A DNA stretch of 61,831 nucleotides, filler included, from Sphacelaria rigidula (taxonomy: Eukaryota): NCBI GenBank assembly GCA_964200075.2. It is 8 parts of 8 records of this genome, joined end to end, with 100 filler letters (N's around TTAATTAATTAA, not from the genome) between each part and the next. Parts side by side here need not be neighbours in the genome. Positions count along the whole stretch, not along the records: positions 23,227 to 30,867 come from CAXNAA020013970.1; positions 30,968 to 38,608 come from CAXNAA020013971.1; 6 more parts are not named here. One strand, written 5' to 3'. Positions 23,227 through 36,220 of this stretch are shown one piece after another (position 1 is the first letter of the stretch; each line of letters opens with the position of its first letter). The translations under genes and the position numbers were made by a program. The notes beneath the pieces were generated by a model that saw only the letters and a program-made list of their open reading frames with translations, was not told the origin of the DNA and made no database searches.

Positions 23227-24149
23227 AAAGCCGGGACGAAGCACACCGGGTTTCCGTGGGACCAGGCTCGCACTCAGTCACCAAGCGCGAAGCGCCGTGG
23301 TGTGTTCAGCGAGTCCCGTGAACGGTGAGCTGCATCCTGCTAAGATTGTTCGGCCCGAAGCCTACTACTGATTATCTCGCATATAGATGACAGACCACAG
23401 TGAGTTACTTTTTTCGTTCGCGGCACTCAGCTACAGCATACGAGGGAGGTCGTGAGTATCTTTCTACTGCAGTACAGTAAAATACAACGTATCTTACGGT
23501 TGGACTGTGCGCCCGATTTTGTTTTCGAACAGCTCCTCAACTTCGATCGAGCGTTAACAATGGGTGTACGCATCTTGAATCACAAACCCGCCCGCTGACC
23601 AAACTTCAAAATCGTGGGATGACGTTTGTTCCATGAGTTTCGGTTTTTCAGAGATCGTTCAATATCGTTCAATATGAGACGCGATTTTCATTTCGAAACT
23701 GTCTCATGAAAGCTACAGGTCTCATTTCTTCCCAGCGAAATGGCGAAAAAAATTGAAGCTTCGGATTAGCAGTGCCGACGGAAACTGGTCAAATCGATAT
23801 GACTGAATGTGATATGTGCGGCCAATGTTGAGCCCAAATGCTGATCATCTCCCTTCCCTCCTGTGTATACTCCATTGTTCGTAACATCTCCTCACGGGGT
23901 TTATCATCGGGTCTAGCACCAGCCGAAAAAAACATGAAAGAAGAAATAGGCCGTGGTGGCATATTTTATTTCGTTCCTACGATTTTCACAGCACCAGCGA
24001 TTCGACTTCGATCCCACGATCCTGTGCACATGGGTGCGTGCTTTCGCCCGACGAGCGAGCCCGCCACCGTCTCACCTTTTTCTGGTACTTTTGGCGCTAC
24101 TCCTTTTCGTTGCATGTTCGTTTTGTTCCCTGCGTATTTTGTGATGCAG

Positions 24150-27100
24150 TACCTCAAGACCACTCTGACGGGCATGACGGGAACGGCATTGGATTATGCC
24201 ATGCTGGTCGTCTCCGGAGTAGCGGGAGTCCAGCGCATGACGCGGGAGCACCTCGCCATCGCGTTGGCACTGCAGGTGATGATTGCGTGCCCTGTCGCTG
24301 TCTCTTGCAGTCTCTGCCTATCCTGTCCCTTGCCTGTGAGTCAGTTTCTGTCTTCATGTCGACTCCCATTCTCCCTTCTCTTTTCGTATTGGATGAATGT
24401 TTGGCTAGCCACCCGCGCATGCTTCAATCCTCTCGCTCGCGGCTGTACTTTTCCCCCCAAGATAGTTGGACACGCCTAGTAACCCCCCTCTCCCCTCCCC
24501 TCCCCCGGGCGTCCGTCCCTCTGCCCGCCCTCCTGTACTCTCTTCCCCCCCTACGATCCCCTTCGTGACTGCTTCTCTGGTCGCTACCCACAAGCTTCCA
24601 TTGTTCGTAGTGATGACGAAGTCTGACGTGGCAGGATCTGTGTCCCAGGGGATGGCGACCGCCCCCCTGACCACTCCCCCTACACCTTTTGCTGGGGCAC
24701 CGGCAATCGGCACTCCCACCACACGCACAGCGATGGAGTTGGCGTTTCAAGGTTTGGAGCGGGTGCTGTGGGCGAGCATGGGGCGGCGTCCGCAGCTTGT
24801 CCGGGGTGTCGAACAAGCCCAGGCTGCTGCCGCTGCGATCAGGGGAGGCGGCCGAGGGTACGTGCGGTTTCATTGGGGGAGGGCGGGTGGACGTGAGCAC
24901 GTGCATGGGGGAGAGGGGGACGAGATTGTCGTTCAATGTTGATCATGCGGCAGACGCATCTGCGGTCATTATCGGCATATCAAACGTTTTGAAGGCGTGG
25001 AGTCGTTGTCGTGTTTGGCGCTGCCTGCGGGATAACGCTGTACTCTCACAGCGCTGGGTGTCCCCGGGTGGAAAAATATCATGTGACGCCCACGTCGACG
25101 TCCTGCCACAGTGTAGGTAACCCGGCGCTAGTCGTTCTGCTTCGACGTCCGTTCCCTACTAAGGACAGCAAGCCACAACATCGATTTTTCTTGTGGTCGG
25201 TGTGTTCACTGTTCAGGATGCGTGTTAGTCGTTTGTTTGATCTTACGCCGTGCCACCTACCTTTCAGGGTCACGGGCGGACCGTGGAGTGGCGTGGTACC
25301 GGTAATGGAGGTTTCTTCCGTTAACTCGGACGGATTTTCGGAACTGAGAGCATTCCTCGGCAAGCTAGCGCCGCCGGAGCCGCTGGAGGCCATGTACAAG
25401 GAAGCACGCGGGAAGGCCGCGGAGGTGAGCATAACAGTGCTTGGCTTGCTTCCTACATGGATGACGTTCTGAAGCATATGGTTTGCTCGCTTCCGATATT
25501 TCTTCTTGACCTGGTGTCTGTGACATCTTTCTGCCTGTTCCTGTCCATTTTTACTCTTCATTCAGCCGATTTTCTCTGCTTTTCCTTGAGCAAAAGATTT
25601 CCACGCATTTATTCGGGTAGATCCACCTTTCGATCATGGCTGAACTTGAATCCGATCAGTTGGTGTCCCACAATGAACCAATCAATGAATCAGGTGTTCA
25701 ATTCCCCTTCCTTAGCTGGTGTGGGGATTCCACTCTTTTTTAAAATATATTTTCGTCTTGGTGGGGCCACTTCTTACGTGTTCGAAAAACATTATTCAAA
25801 AGTCATGTTCCAACAGGTTTTTTCACGCAACCGTTCTTATGTGCTTAAGATGTCATCGAAATCGTAATATCGGTTTGCGTCGTTTTCTACAAGGCGTGTG
25901 GGCGTAACTGCCGAATCCTAGGGTGCGCAAGACACAGTACTCTACTGTTGTGTCGTGGTGTACTATCCGTATTGTACCTAATACTTGCTGAGCAGTACGT
26001 GGTCAGCTGCACGACCCACAACTATTTATTGACGAGGACGCCGCCTTGCTGCTGTCACTGACTGTAGGACCTACGGTTATGCTTTCCGCTGCGCCGTACC
26101 ACTCGACTGCACGAAGAACAGTACAGACAGTGCTGTATTGTATTTATTGACTAGTACGGCAGTAGTAGCACAATTTATAGTCTGGTGTTTACAGTACGGT
26201 CTTGTCTCGTTCTGTACTGCGTTGCGACTGGTGTTGGCAGCACGCTGGATGTCCAGAGCTGAAACTTGCTACAAACTTTACGGGGTAAATGCAGTGTGCA
26301 ATCGTCGTCGACCCTGCCCTGTGCTGCTCTCACGGGGTAAAGAGCCACCACGTTACCTGCGGGCGAAGACGAGGACGTGACACGCGAACTGGCCGCGAGC
26401 ACGAACGGCAGTAGTACTTATGGCAGCCAAGCCAGCATGGGTGCTGTTGTTGGGTGCAAAGGGGTGTAGCTCATGTTGATTAGCGTTGGAAATTCAAACG
26501 CGTTCTCAATAACTTTTTTCGATAGCCCCAAGTTATCAGAAAATCGATTTAAAAAAAGCCTCGAAAGAAATATTGTGAAAAACGCAATCCTGATAACATG
26601 AAAGGTGGATTTTTGTCTGTTATCAGCAAACACCTTTTTTATGATATGGTTTTATACATACGAAGTGATCCAATCGTTATTTTTCCCTTTATTGGAACGC
26701 TGAAGCGAATCATGCACAGGCCGTGTGTTGCACTGTTCGTACAACTGCGCTCGTATTTCCCGATCTTCCTCTCGACCACCAAAACCCGGTACAATATTCA
26801 CTCGTTTGTTTGCTGATAGGTGCGCATCAGCGACACATTCATGGTTGAGGGTGTTGGCGAGGTCTACGCCGGCACGGTAGTTAGCGGCACCGTGTCGGTC
26901 GGCGACCGACTCTTGCTGGGCCCGACGGGGCCCGACGGTACCTTCCTGCGCACAGCCGTAGCGTCCGTGCACGTGGCGAGGCTAGCTGTTCGACGTGCTT
27001 CAGCTGGCCAAACGGCCTCTTTTACCCTAGTCGCGGACCCCCTTACTCCTGACCCGGTCATCAACGGTGACCCTGTACCTTTGGTCAGCGCTGAGCCCGT

Positions 27101-30100
27101 ATCTTCTGAGGTCAATCCCGCGCCCGTGCCCACTCCAGGAAGTCGTGGATCTGCACCTTCTGTGGCCGGTTCTGAGCCTGTACCTTTCGTGAGTTCGGGC
27201 GTCCCGTGTGGTGCGCGCCTGCGACCTGGACCTTCTTCGTTCGGTCCGGATGCCGTGTCTTGCGGTGCGTCCCTGCGACCCTTCGACACGTGTGTTAATG
27301 ATGGCGGTAGTGATGGTTCAGACTGTGAGCGTGTTGGACATGTGGAGCGTGGTAATGTTGTAGCCGCGCCTGTGGGTGGGAGCACCTTGCGTGCTCCAAG
27401 AAAAGGGCAGAACGGCGAAGAAGAGCCCCGAATAATAACAGCAGCAACAGCAGCAGCAACGATAGCAACAGGGAATGGCGCGTGCAACAACAGCGCACGC
27501 ACCTCCGCCACTGCCTCGCCACCACCGGTGGCAATGGCTGCTGCAAAAGCAGCAGCGGTAGTGGAAGCAGCCGCAGCAGCACCTCCACCAACATCAAACG
27601 GCGATACAGGGATCAACCCAAGCCGTCAGGGTCAAGCGAAGCATCGCGTACATCATGTTGTCGAGAGCGGGACAAGCACTCACCACAGCACAAGTACTAC
27701 AGAGAACTCGGAGCGCACGCCCGAGTACAGCACGCTTTCACCCCCACCCGCGGACGGTATTGTGCCCACCACCAGTTCTCCATCGTCTCCGATCCTCCCC
27801 CAGTTGATCATGCCCTCTTCGCCTGAATTTAGCGGGGTGGGGGGAGGGGAAGCTGCGGGCAGTGCTAGTCCCTTGGTTTTGGATGGGTCGGGCGGCGAGA
27901 GCCCTGGGGTGCGCGCTCGGAAGGGAATGGTTCTCATTGAGGTGAGAACTCTGAGATTGGGCATTTTTCTCTTAAGCGACCACTGTCTACGGGAAGAACA
28001 TGAAAAAATATCGCGTTCGAGAAGAGCACGAAATCTGCGTAGCGAATAAATCACTTTCTCGTCTTTTTCGTCGAAAAAAAGTATCGTTGTTACGTTTCAA
28101 TTTTGCTGCGCGTTATGAGCGCAAAGCGCGTTTTTTTATCGAGCGGTAAAGAAGTCTGTGTGAGGAAAAAACAGTGCTGCACGACAAGAAACGTTGACCG
28201 GTGGTGAAAACTCGACAGCTACACAGTCATGCTCACCCTTCGATCAATATTGGCGTTGCTGGAATTGCTTACTTTTAGCCGTTGTTGATATAAGTGGATA
28301 CTTGCCGCATCCTGGCTGTGCATCGAGTGATGGGTCAAGGGCTATGTATTGAGATTGGAATGAATGTCATGCAGAGCATTTTTGTCCCCACCTTGTCTCA
28401 GGGCGCAGCCTAACAACATGCACAGTAAGTCCCCGTACATGCACAACATCTGGGTTTAATCCATAATCAGCCACACGCATCGAAGGAGTATTTGAGGAGC
28501 TACGGTAACCCGCGTCGGCGCTAACATCACTACAGACAACACCGCAGTCGTGTTCAACACTTGCCGTGGCTCTGATTGCTGTTGTTTGTTTGGTTGTCGG
28601 TGCTAGACGGTTTGCGTACTTTGTTCAACTTTGATATTGTTAACGGAGGTATCAGTGGTTGAGCTATGGTACTAAGCCTCGCGGTCAAAATGTAGCTGGG
28701 ACGCACTTTAGGTAATCCTGATCGCTTTTTCCGCTGCGTCTGTAGAAATGGACGCACATTCATCTGCGTGAAATAATCCCCATACCGTGGTAATTGAGGA
28801 AACGAACAAACGAAAGTCATCTCGCTTTTCAAAAAGTGTTGCGGAGATGGTTCGTCTTGCAAGGGTGCGTTGGGTAGGGTATTTACTGGATTTGGGTATT
28901 TTTAAAACTCGTACTCCAAGTACCTCAAACTTCTGTAGAGTGAAAAGATCTTACTCAACATTACCGGTGTATTAGGTGGAGTATTACGATCGTATCAAAC
29001 TTTACCCTGTATGTGGGTAGAGTTTGGAGATCGCACCATCGCAACACGAAATTGGGGAGAGTAACTACCCGAGTATTTACCCTACTCAACACATCCTTGG
29101 TTTGTTGTTTTGTCGTTAACGAACGCACTACTGTTTGCTTTTGTACACCGGGATATTCGTCGCGATGAGGATTCAACAGCACACAACGTTTTCTCTCACG
29201 CAACGTTTCCCCGTTTCTTTCACCTTGCAAAGTCATGGTACGTTTACACAACCGTGCTTCGTGGAAACAATTCGATCGAACGCCATCTGTTTCTTCGTCA
29301 TTTCTGACGTCGATCTTAGCCTCTGTAACCTGCGTTTTTTCGTTCTTCAAAGTGTTTTGTGGTTCCTCTCTACCCACGCTACAAGAGATGAAAAATCGCA
29401 CATGACATTCCCACTGGCCTATCCCACGTACCGCTCGTGTTTTGTTTGTCACGCCCAGGCGACGAGCAGGCCGAACACCACCTACGAGTTCGAGGCGGAG
29501 GTGATGATCCTACATCATCCGAAGTAAGTGGTGGAATATCCTCTCTCCACATGATGAGTTCCGATTGGTAGTTGCACATGGTGGCCAAGAATACAGACGG
29601 TAGTATCACGTGAGTACTTCCAGCGCTTCTTCTACGCACTCGCTTTTGTCATTTCATGACATGATGTTCATCGTCGCCAATCATCTGAACTCCTTCCTTC
29701 CCCTGCTCGCCTCCCGCACGCGGACGAAAACATCATCCTTGTGCAGGGTGATCCGCGAGAACTACCAGCCCGTGATTCACGCACACAATATATCTCAGTC
29801 GGCCAGCATCATCTCCATGGTGAGGTCAGCGCCGCCGTCATCGCCCACCACTGTCACAGGGTCCGTTTCGTCGGAGGGGGAGGAGGAGGGGGAGGGTGAT
29901 GCGGAGGAGAGGTCGTCTTGCTCCCCCGAAGAGGTCCATCGCTCTGCTGGGATCAAGTCCGGGGAGAGGGCCGTGTGTCGGTGAGCAGCAGAATATCATT
30001 TCTCGTGTACACATGGTCGTGGCAGACTACGCTCACGCTCCCTCGCACTTCGTGAAGATTCTGGGATTTTCACAGCATCAAGATTCCTACACTAGAATCA

Positions 30101-30867
30101 AGTCACACGAGTTCGCGTTGACATACGTAAAATCGAAATTCCGCGGTTGCTTTTGAGTCAAGTTGAGCTTCGAAGAGTCAATAGCTGACGATATATTCGT
30201 AGGTTCACATTTGAACACTCGGAAATGCACACTTAGAAGTGTGAGGCTCTTGTGCTGGTTCTCCGGATAGTGGGAACTCGGCCGCCTGCCATCTTGGAAA
30301 CAGTCCTGCCCCTCATATTACTCACACTATCGGCAAGCGAAGATGAAAATGAAACATCTGTACGTTTCTGAAAAAATCTATTTGCGTTTCCTACAACCCC
30401 CCGAGCGGCCTATTCGGTCGGTTCAAGCATTAGTGCCATGAAGGGTAGCCGCAATTCAAGATGGCCCAACAAGAAAGTGAAGACGAAAATTTGGCCACAT
30501 CGAACGAGATGGTGCTAGAGCTAGGAGGCGGTTAGTTCGCGTCGCGGTTAAGGCTAGGGCTAGGGCTACGCCAGGTTGCGTTTTGCTACGCAAGGTGCTG
30601 GTGCAGGGCGCGAATTTCAACACACGGCTTTCTGCATACATGTACAACCCGGTTTGTTACAAATATCCGTGGGCTTGGTGTTATGTTTATATTTCATGTG
30701 TCCTGGCGTGAACGTTGCGTTCGCCCAACTTGTCATTTTTCTCTACAACGGCACCCTGCCCACCCCAGCGAGTCCCTCAACACAAACACGTGCACGTGCT
30801 TATTCCCCCCCCCCCTACAGGTTCAAGTTCCTGTACCGGCCGGAGTATCTTTCGGCGGGAACCACCA
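24150..30867 (+). CDS. GTPBP1/GTPBP2-family translational GTPase, partial (internal exons)
   Basis: Exons 24150-24275, 24595-24857, 25268-25424, 26820-27941, 29459-29523, 29747-29980 and 30821-30867+, GT-AG and phase-consistent. Family motifs: YLKTT..GMTG..DYAMLVV, MTREHL, FVVMTKSD, VSSV, FMVEGVGEVYAGTV, LLLGP, AGQTASF, RKGMVL, EFEAEVMILHHP, YQPVIH, FKFLYRPEYL. Confidence 0.93.
28860..29099. mobile_element. 240-bp MITE in a GTPase intron
   Basis: Imperfect TIRs: CAAGGGTGCGTTGGGTAGGGTATTTACT versus CAAGGATGTGTTGAGTAGGGTAAATACT (reverse complement of the right end). Confidence 0.75.
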
Positions 30868-30967
30868 NNNNNNNNNNNNNNNNNNNNNNNNNNNNNNNNN
30901 NNNNNNNNNNNTTAATTAATTAANNNNNNNNNNNNNNNNNNNNNNNNNNNNNNNNNNNNNNNNNNNN
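30868..30967. other. Artificial contig spacer
   Basis: N run with TTAATTAATTAA. Confidence 0.99.
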
Positions 30968-31184
30968 GTGAAGATTTTGCCTCCGAAAAACATGCACTGT
31001 TTGGGTGGGGGCTATCGTAGAAAGTGTCTGGAATTCATAATAAATAACGACGATACGAGTTGGGCCAGCCTAAAAACTGACCTTTCTCGAGCCCACGGTG
31101 ACTTTTCCAGTTTATCGAAATAACATCATGTAAGTATGTCGCTGTCTAGTATAGACCGGCCTACTGATGCACGCTCTGCCGCTT

Positions 31185-31278
31185 GAAAAAAATGGAGAAA
31201 AATTATATGTCGGGATTCGAAGTCATGACCTCCGTGGGTGGCGTCTCCTGTATCGTTTGGACCACCGGGGCGCAGCGG
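31185..31278 (-). mobile_element. tRNA-like SINE head (body differs from 9816-10132)
   Basis: The reverse complement reads CCGCTGCGCCCCGGTGGTCCAAACG...ACTTCGAATCCCGAC, followed by a T-rich stretch. Confidence 0.55.
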
Positions 31279-32160
31279 TGTGATACAGAAGTGGGGCGCC
31301 GCCGCGCCCAGTTTAGGATTTTTGAGCGGAAATTTTGCAGTGACCTTCCTCACGCAAGTGAAGAGTTCTGCACGCAAACAACAAAAGGTTAAGAGCTAGC
31401 TGGTCCAGCGGAGGAACGGATTTCAGCTCTCACAGCAATACCTCCTCGACACAGACGAATCGGGCATGATTCGCATATCATGTTATAATTGTCTAATCAA
31501 GGGGAAGGTGCCCATCTGCTCAAAAGTGTGGGTCAGTTGTTCCTCGTTGATTAAAAGCCACCTCAAGTAATTATCATACCGTACGGAGATAGGGTCTATA
31601 ATATATATATATATATATAACCCCGAACGAAATCCTGGTATACAGCGGATGATCTGTTGAAGCCACATCAATCTGAACGGGTGCCGACCCTTTGTGTGCG
31701 TATATTGTGCGCGTGTCTCACACAAACCATCGTTTCTCATTGAATGCTCAACAGAATTGTGCAAGTTTACACACCACGTGCTCAGCGGGTGAGCAGCTGC
31801 GGAGAGATTATCTTCGAGAACGAGGTTGAGCATTAAAATGGGGCCAACCCGCCTTTCAATTTCGGGGACACGTGCCGGAATAACTTGCACAACGAAAGAA
31901 ATTTTGAATAGATTTTTTCTGTTAAAAAGTAAGCAGGTGTCCTAGGTGCACCTAATAAATCAAATTTTGTTATGGACAAGTTGTTCGAAGGCCTCATACT
32001 TGTCCATGCACTAGTTCGTTTCTACAATCATCTCAATTGCGTTGGTTATAGCCATGATAGCTGCACAAACGCTGTGGACGCGAATCTTCAAGCGACGAGA
32101 GATATCAACATAGAACGCAGCGACTTCAAGCGAAAACGCGACATATTCAGTTTTGTATGC

Positions 32161-32416
32161 TGTAGCCAAATACCAAGCCTTAGGTTGCAGCATAATCACA
32201 TGCATGATTGGAGCAGTGGCAGGGGACAGGGGATCCTGGATTGATGACCCTTATCTGTGTGGCCCCTTGCTGTTTAGCTCATGATGTGGTCTGTTTCTGG
32301 ATCACTCCGTGATAATAACAAGTGAGAAGAAAGGACTTGTTGAGCACGAGGCCAGTGCTACTGGAGGAGTCCCTCGTGGATAGTCCTCTTGCCCAGATCG
32401 TCTGGCAGAGGCTACA
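32161..32416 (+). repeat. 5' LTR
   Basis: Direct repeat of 35965-36220 with 7-bp terminal inverted repeat TGTAGCC/GGCTACA. Confidence 0.97.
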
Positions 32417-32616
32417 ATATCTAAATATTACCCTTCCGGCACTCTCTTAGAGGAGTTTTGGCTGAGAAGAGATTGGGCTGCAGCTAAGAGCCAGTTCAGC
32501 CCGAAGACAAGAGGAGACCAGCCTGAAGCGCACAGCATTGGGAGAACGCTTCATGAGCTGGAGGACGCACAAGTCGGGCAAGAGTATCTCCGTGAAGTGC
32601 TAAAAGAATAGACGAC

Positions 32617-33430
32617 ATGGCTCAAGCGGCGGCAGCGCCGCTGGTGTCATGTGAGCCACTACAGCCGCCAAAGTATGGTGAAGTATGGACCGAGCGAGCA
32701 TCACGGGGTTTTTGTCCAAGATACCTTGAATACATACAGCGGTGGAGTCTAGTGAATTCCGAAGGAATCATACGGCATGAGAGGTTGAGCATAGGTCAAC
32801 TTATCCCTACATACATCCACCACTGCTTCGAAGACATGTACAAGGACAGTCGGACTATGACTCCCGATGAACTGCTTGATGCTGTGAAGCAGCATGCCGG
32901 GTATACCACAACCGGTGGAAAGCATGACGCTACGCGAGCTGCAGCACACCTGCGCAGGGTACTTACGATGAAGCAAAGCGATGGGAAGTCTGTGAAGGAT
33001 CGTGCTATGATGGTTGGTTCAGATTTGGAACGGTTTTTTGCAGAGAACCTAATGGTGCAAGCAACATACCGTGCGGAGAACAGGAGTTGGTTGCCTGGCC
33101 CGGCCGAGTCGATTTCCATAGCTTTGGTGGACGGGATTTCGCCCCCGGAATCCAAGGCGTATGTTAGAAGTGTACTAACGTATGTTGACGGCTGGAAAAA
33201 GAACCCGACGGTGGTGTTCAAAAACATATTCGAGGCGGCCGACCAGTTGAGGTTTATTGAAGCATACGGTCGGCGCGACTCTGCAACAAGTGCAGGTGGT
33301 ATGCGCCGCAAGCCCGCTAACAGCAACAACAACAGAAACAGCAGCCGTCTTCGCGAGAGTCGTCCACTCGCGCGTGTTACAACTGCGGCGACACCGAACA
33401 TATGACCAAGGACTGCCCCAAGCCTCGCGC
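32617..33430 (+). pseudogene. gag ORF (262 aa, zinc knuckle frameshifted)
   Basis: The ORF lies immediately inside the 5' LTR. A CYNCGDTEHMTKDC knuckle is present in another frame at ~33375-33416. The segment WKKNPTVVF aligns with WKADPYLVM of the first element. Confidence 0.82.
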
Positions 33431-33815
33431 TCAAGGCGCGGCACAGGGCAATGCATGAGGTTCATCAGGATCTCGGGGGGGGCGTCACGGTGGACGGGGC
33501 CGTGCCAATCAGGGACGCGGGCGCGGCGGCCGCGGTAGCAAGCAATCGGCGGCGGATGGTGGTTCCTCCGCTGCTGTTTCTTCGACTACGTCATCAGGTG
33601 GGGACTCTGGATCTTATGGTTCGTCCGTAGCGGGACGGACAGTGTACGTGGGAAATGCTAATACTTCGGTGGGTAGTGCTGGAGCGAATAACTCGCAACC
33701 CCTCAGCCAGGCAGGATCCGTGTCTGGTGCATTCCCTACTGCTGCGACGGCTGTAACAGCGCCGTCTGCATATTCGGCGACTTGTTCTGGTTGAACCGAC
33801 GATTCGCAGCTATCA

Positions 33816-34376
33816 ATGCCAAGTGCTGGAGGGCAGCCCTGGCGTCAGGTGACTCTTGGGACAGAACAAGGTTCTTCGGCAGGCGTCGTCCGTGTCGATC
33901 GCAAGGCTGAATGCTTACGCGCAGATTTAGCCTTGCCTGGTTCTGTAGGTTCGTTCATGGCCCACGTTATTCTGGATTCTGGGTCCGCTCTCACGTCGAT
34001 CGGTGTGGGGTTGCTGGAGAAAATGTCTTCGCAGTTTGGCGGCGCTCAGCTTCAGATTCCGTTCGAAAACGGGCCGCAAACGGCACAGACCGCCACGGGT
34101 GCTCCCGTGACGGTTACACACAAAACGGTACCAATTACTGTTAGCGTGCGTACGCCGTGGGGGATTGTGCAGTTGCAGCCCATTACTTTCGCTGTCATGC
34201 CCGGTAGGGAGCACGTGGTTCTATTTGGTATGGCGACAATGAAGGAGCTTGGGATTGATTTATATCCACTGGCGTTGGAGAAGTTACGTCCGCGTGCTGT
34301 GCTGGTGCAAAACGGCGTGGAAAGCCCCAGTTACCTTGCTGCAAAGCGTGCGATCGTATACATACGGTCATTCTAG
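33816..34376 (+). pseudogene. Retrotransposon aspartic protease
   Basis: VILDSGS catalytic motif, and VRTPWG...VVLFGMATMKELGIDLY. Confidence 0.85.
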
Positions 34377-34412
34377 AGCGAAAATGAGAAGGAGGCTCCT
34401 GCTAATGAAGCG

Positions 34413-35885
34413 GTGGAGCGCTTGGTCGATCGGGAGCCGGAAAGGTTCATGAACCCAGCAGAGAAGAGAGGTTCAAAAAAATGTACGCTTGAGAATAGTG
34501 TGCGGCAGGCCGAGCAGAAGGGCCTGAGCGCCGATCGCGCACATTGTCTGCGCGATATTTTGGCTCGTCGCGTAGATACGTTTCGTCGTGCGCTGCGTGG
34601 TGATCCGCCAGCACGCGTGGAGCCAATGAAGGAGGCTGTGAAGGCCAAGCCTCGCCGCTGCGATCCGGTGAAGACTGTGTGGCTTGCTTCATGCATCGCA
34701 GTTTTGGTGGCATTTTGGTTTGTTGGTTAGGAATATTCAGGCTGTGTGGGCGAGTCCGGCAACGGCGGTGTCGAGGAGGGACACAGTCCTTTCTGGACAG
34801 CGAATATCACGCGGTGAACGCGCAAATGGAACAGTCTCCAGGGGTGATGCCAAGCCAAGACGACATGCGGGAGTTGCTGGGAGCAAAACAACAATATCGG
34901 TACGTCAGTGCACACATTCCTGGAGAGCGCATTTTTGGGGGAGATTTGTTGTCTCGCTTGGGGAAGGTTCCTACCGTGCCTGTTCGTTTTGTTGCCGTGT
35001 ACAGCCCGTGTAATGCCGATGATTCGCTGCCCTCGTTAGATGCCATTCGTACCGCGCAGCGCAAAACATGTGCGTTGCGGTCTATTTTGTCGGAGCAAAG
35101 ACGGCCGGTGTCTGAATGGGTTGATGTTTTGCCAGGCGCTCAGTGGGCGTTGAATACTTCTTTTCGTGAATGCTACCGTGACACTCCGTATTGTGTGATG
35201 TTTGGGCGTATGCTGCGTACAGCGTTTTCCGCTCTGGCTTCTGTCACTGGCGGCGAGTGGAACGTCGATGTCGTGGATGCTGATTCGTTGCGTGACAAGG
35301 TTCGGAGCGTAGTTGACGAGCAAGTGCGGTTTTGTAACGAAGTGCAAGCTGCTGTCGCGGTGTCTCGCGAAACCAAACGCAAACTTGCTCAGGGCCAGGC
35401 TGTGCTGCCCAAGTTTGCAGTTGGCGATTTCGTATTGTATGCCCGTATTCGGAGGCAAGGTGTGATGCCAAAGTTGATGTCCACGTGGACAGGTCCGCGG
35501 CGAGTGGTCGGAGCCGGTCACGCTCACGTGTATTCGGTGCAGAACATTGTTTCTGGTGCCGTGCACTCGGCCCATGTCGCTCGTTTACGCTTTTATGCTG
35601 ACTCGCAGTTGCACATCACTGCGGAACTAAAAGACGTATGTCAGCATTCGTATACTCGAGGTGGCTGTCGGATGAATGTTTTGGTTCACGTCGCTGAGGA
35701 TGACACAAAGGTGATGTCATTCTTTTGGTCGATTGGGGAGGGTTCGGTGATGAAGAACGTACGTGGGAGTCTCTTCGCAAGATTCATTCTTCTGCGCCTG
35801 AATTTGTTTTGAAGGGACTGCGTAAAATGCGGTTGACTCGGGCGCTGACCAGTAAATTTGCGTCGGAGTATGATATTTCTTTGTG
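34413..35885 (+). pseudogene. Deleted pol: RT N-terminus fused to RH/INT linker, INT C-terminus and chromodomain
   Basis: DPPARVEPM...VWASPA...EYHAVN; QYRYVSAHIPGE; QWALNT..TPY..MFGR; FAVGDFVL..PKLMSTWTGP; H.ARLRFY; then LLVDWGGFGDEERTWESL (chromodomain) at ~35715-35780. Confidence 0.85.
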
Positions 35886-35964
35886 ATCTGGCGCATGCGA
35901 TTTCGCTTTGGTTGTTGTTGGTTGTCAAGCTCGTTCGTTTGTCTTGAACTCGCTTTGGGGGTGA

Positions 35965-36220
35965 TGTAGCCAAATACCAAGCCTTAGGTTGCAGCATAAT
36001 CGCATGCATGATTGGAGCAGTGGCAGGGGACAGGGGATCCTGGATTGATGACCCTCATCTGTGTGGCCCCTTGCTGTTTAGCTCATGATGTGGTCTGTTT
36101 CTGGACCACTCCGTGATAATAACAAGTGAGAAGAAAGGACTTGTTGAGCACGAGGCCAGTGCTACTGGAGGAGTCCCTCGTGGATAGTCCTCTTGCCCAG
36201 ATCGTCTGGCAGAGGCTACA
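35965..36220 (+). repeat. 3' LTR
   Basis: Direct repeat of 32161-32416. Confidence 0.97.

Larger units (their letters stand above)
32161..36220 (+). mobile_element. Complete, internally deleted (non-autonomous) Ty3/gypsy chromovirus, 4060 bp
   Basis: Two 256-bp LTRs (TGTAGCC...GGCTACA) with 3 transitions. PPT TTTGGGGGTGA precedes the 3' LTR. Candidate 4-bp TSD ATGC/ATAC. Contains gag, protease, pol fragments and a chromodomain, and is homologous to 2977-7642. Confidence 0.95.

Noticed and set aside
26864..27616. 250-aa minus-strand ORF
   Set aside because: Antisense shadow of the GC-rich GTPase exon.
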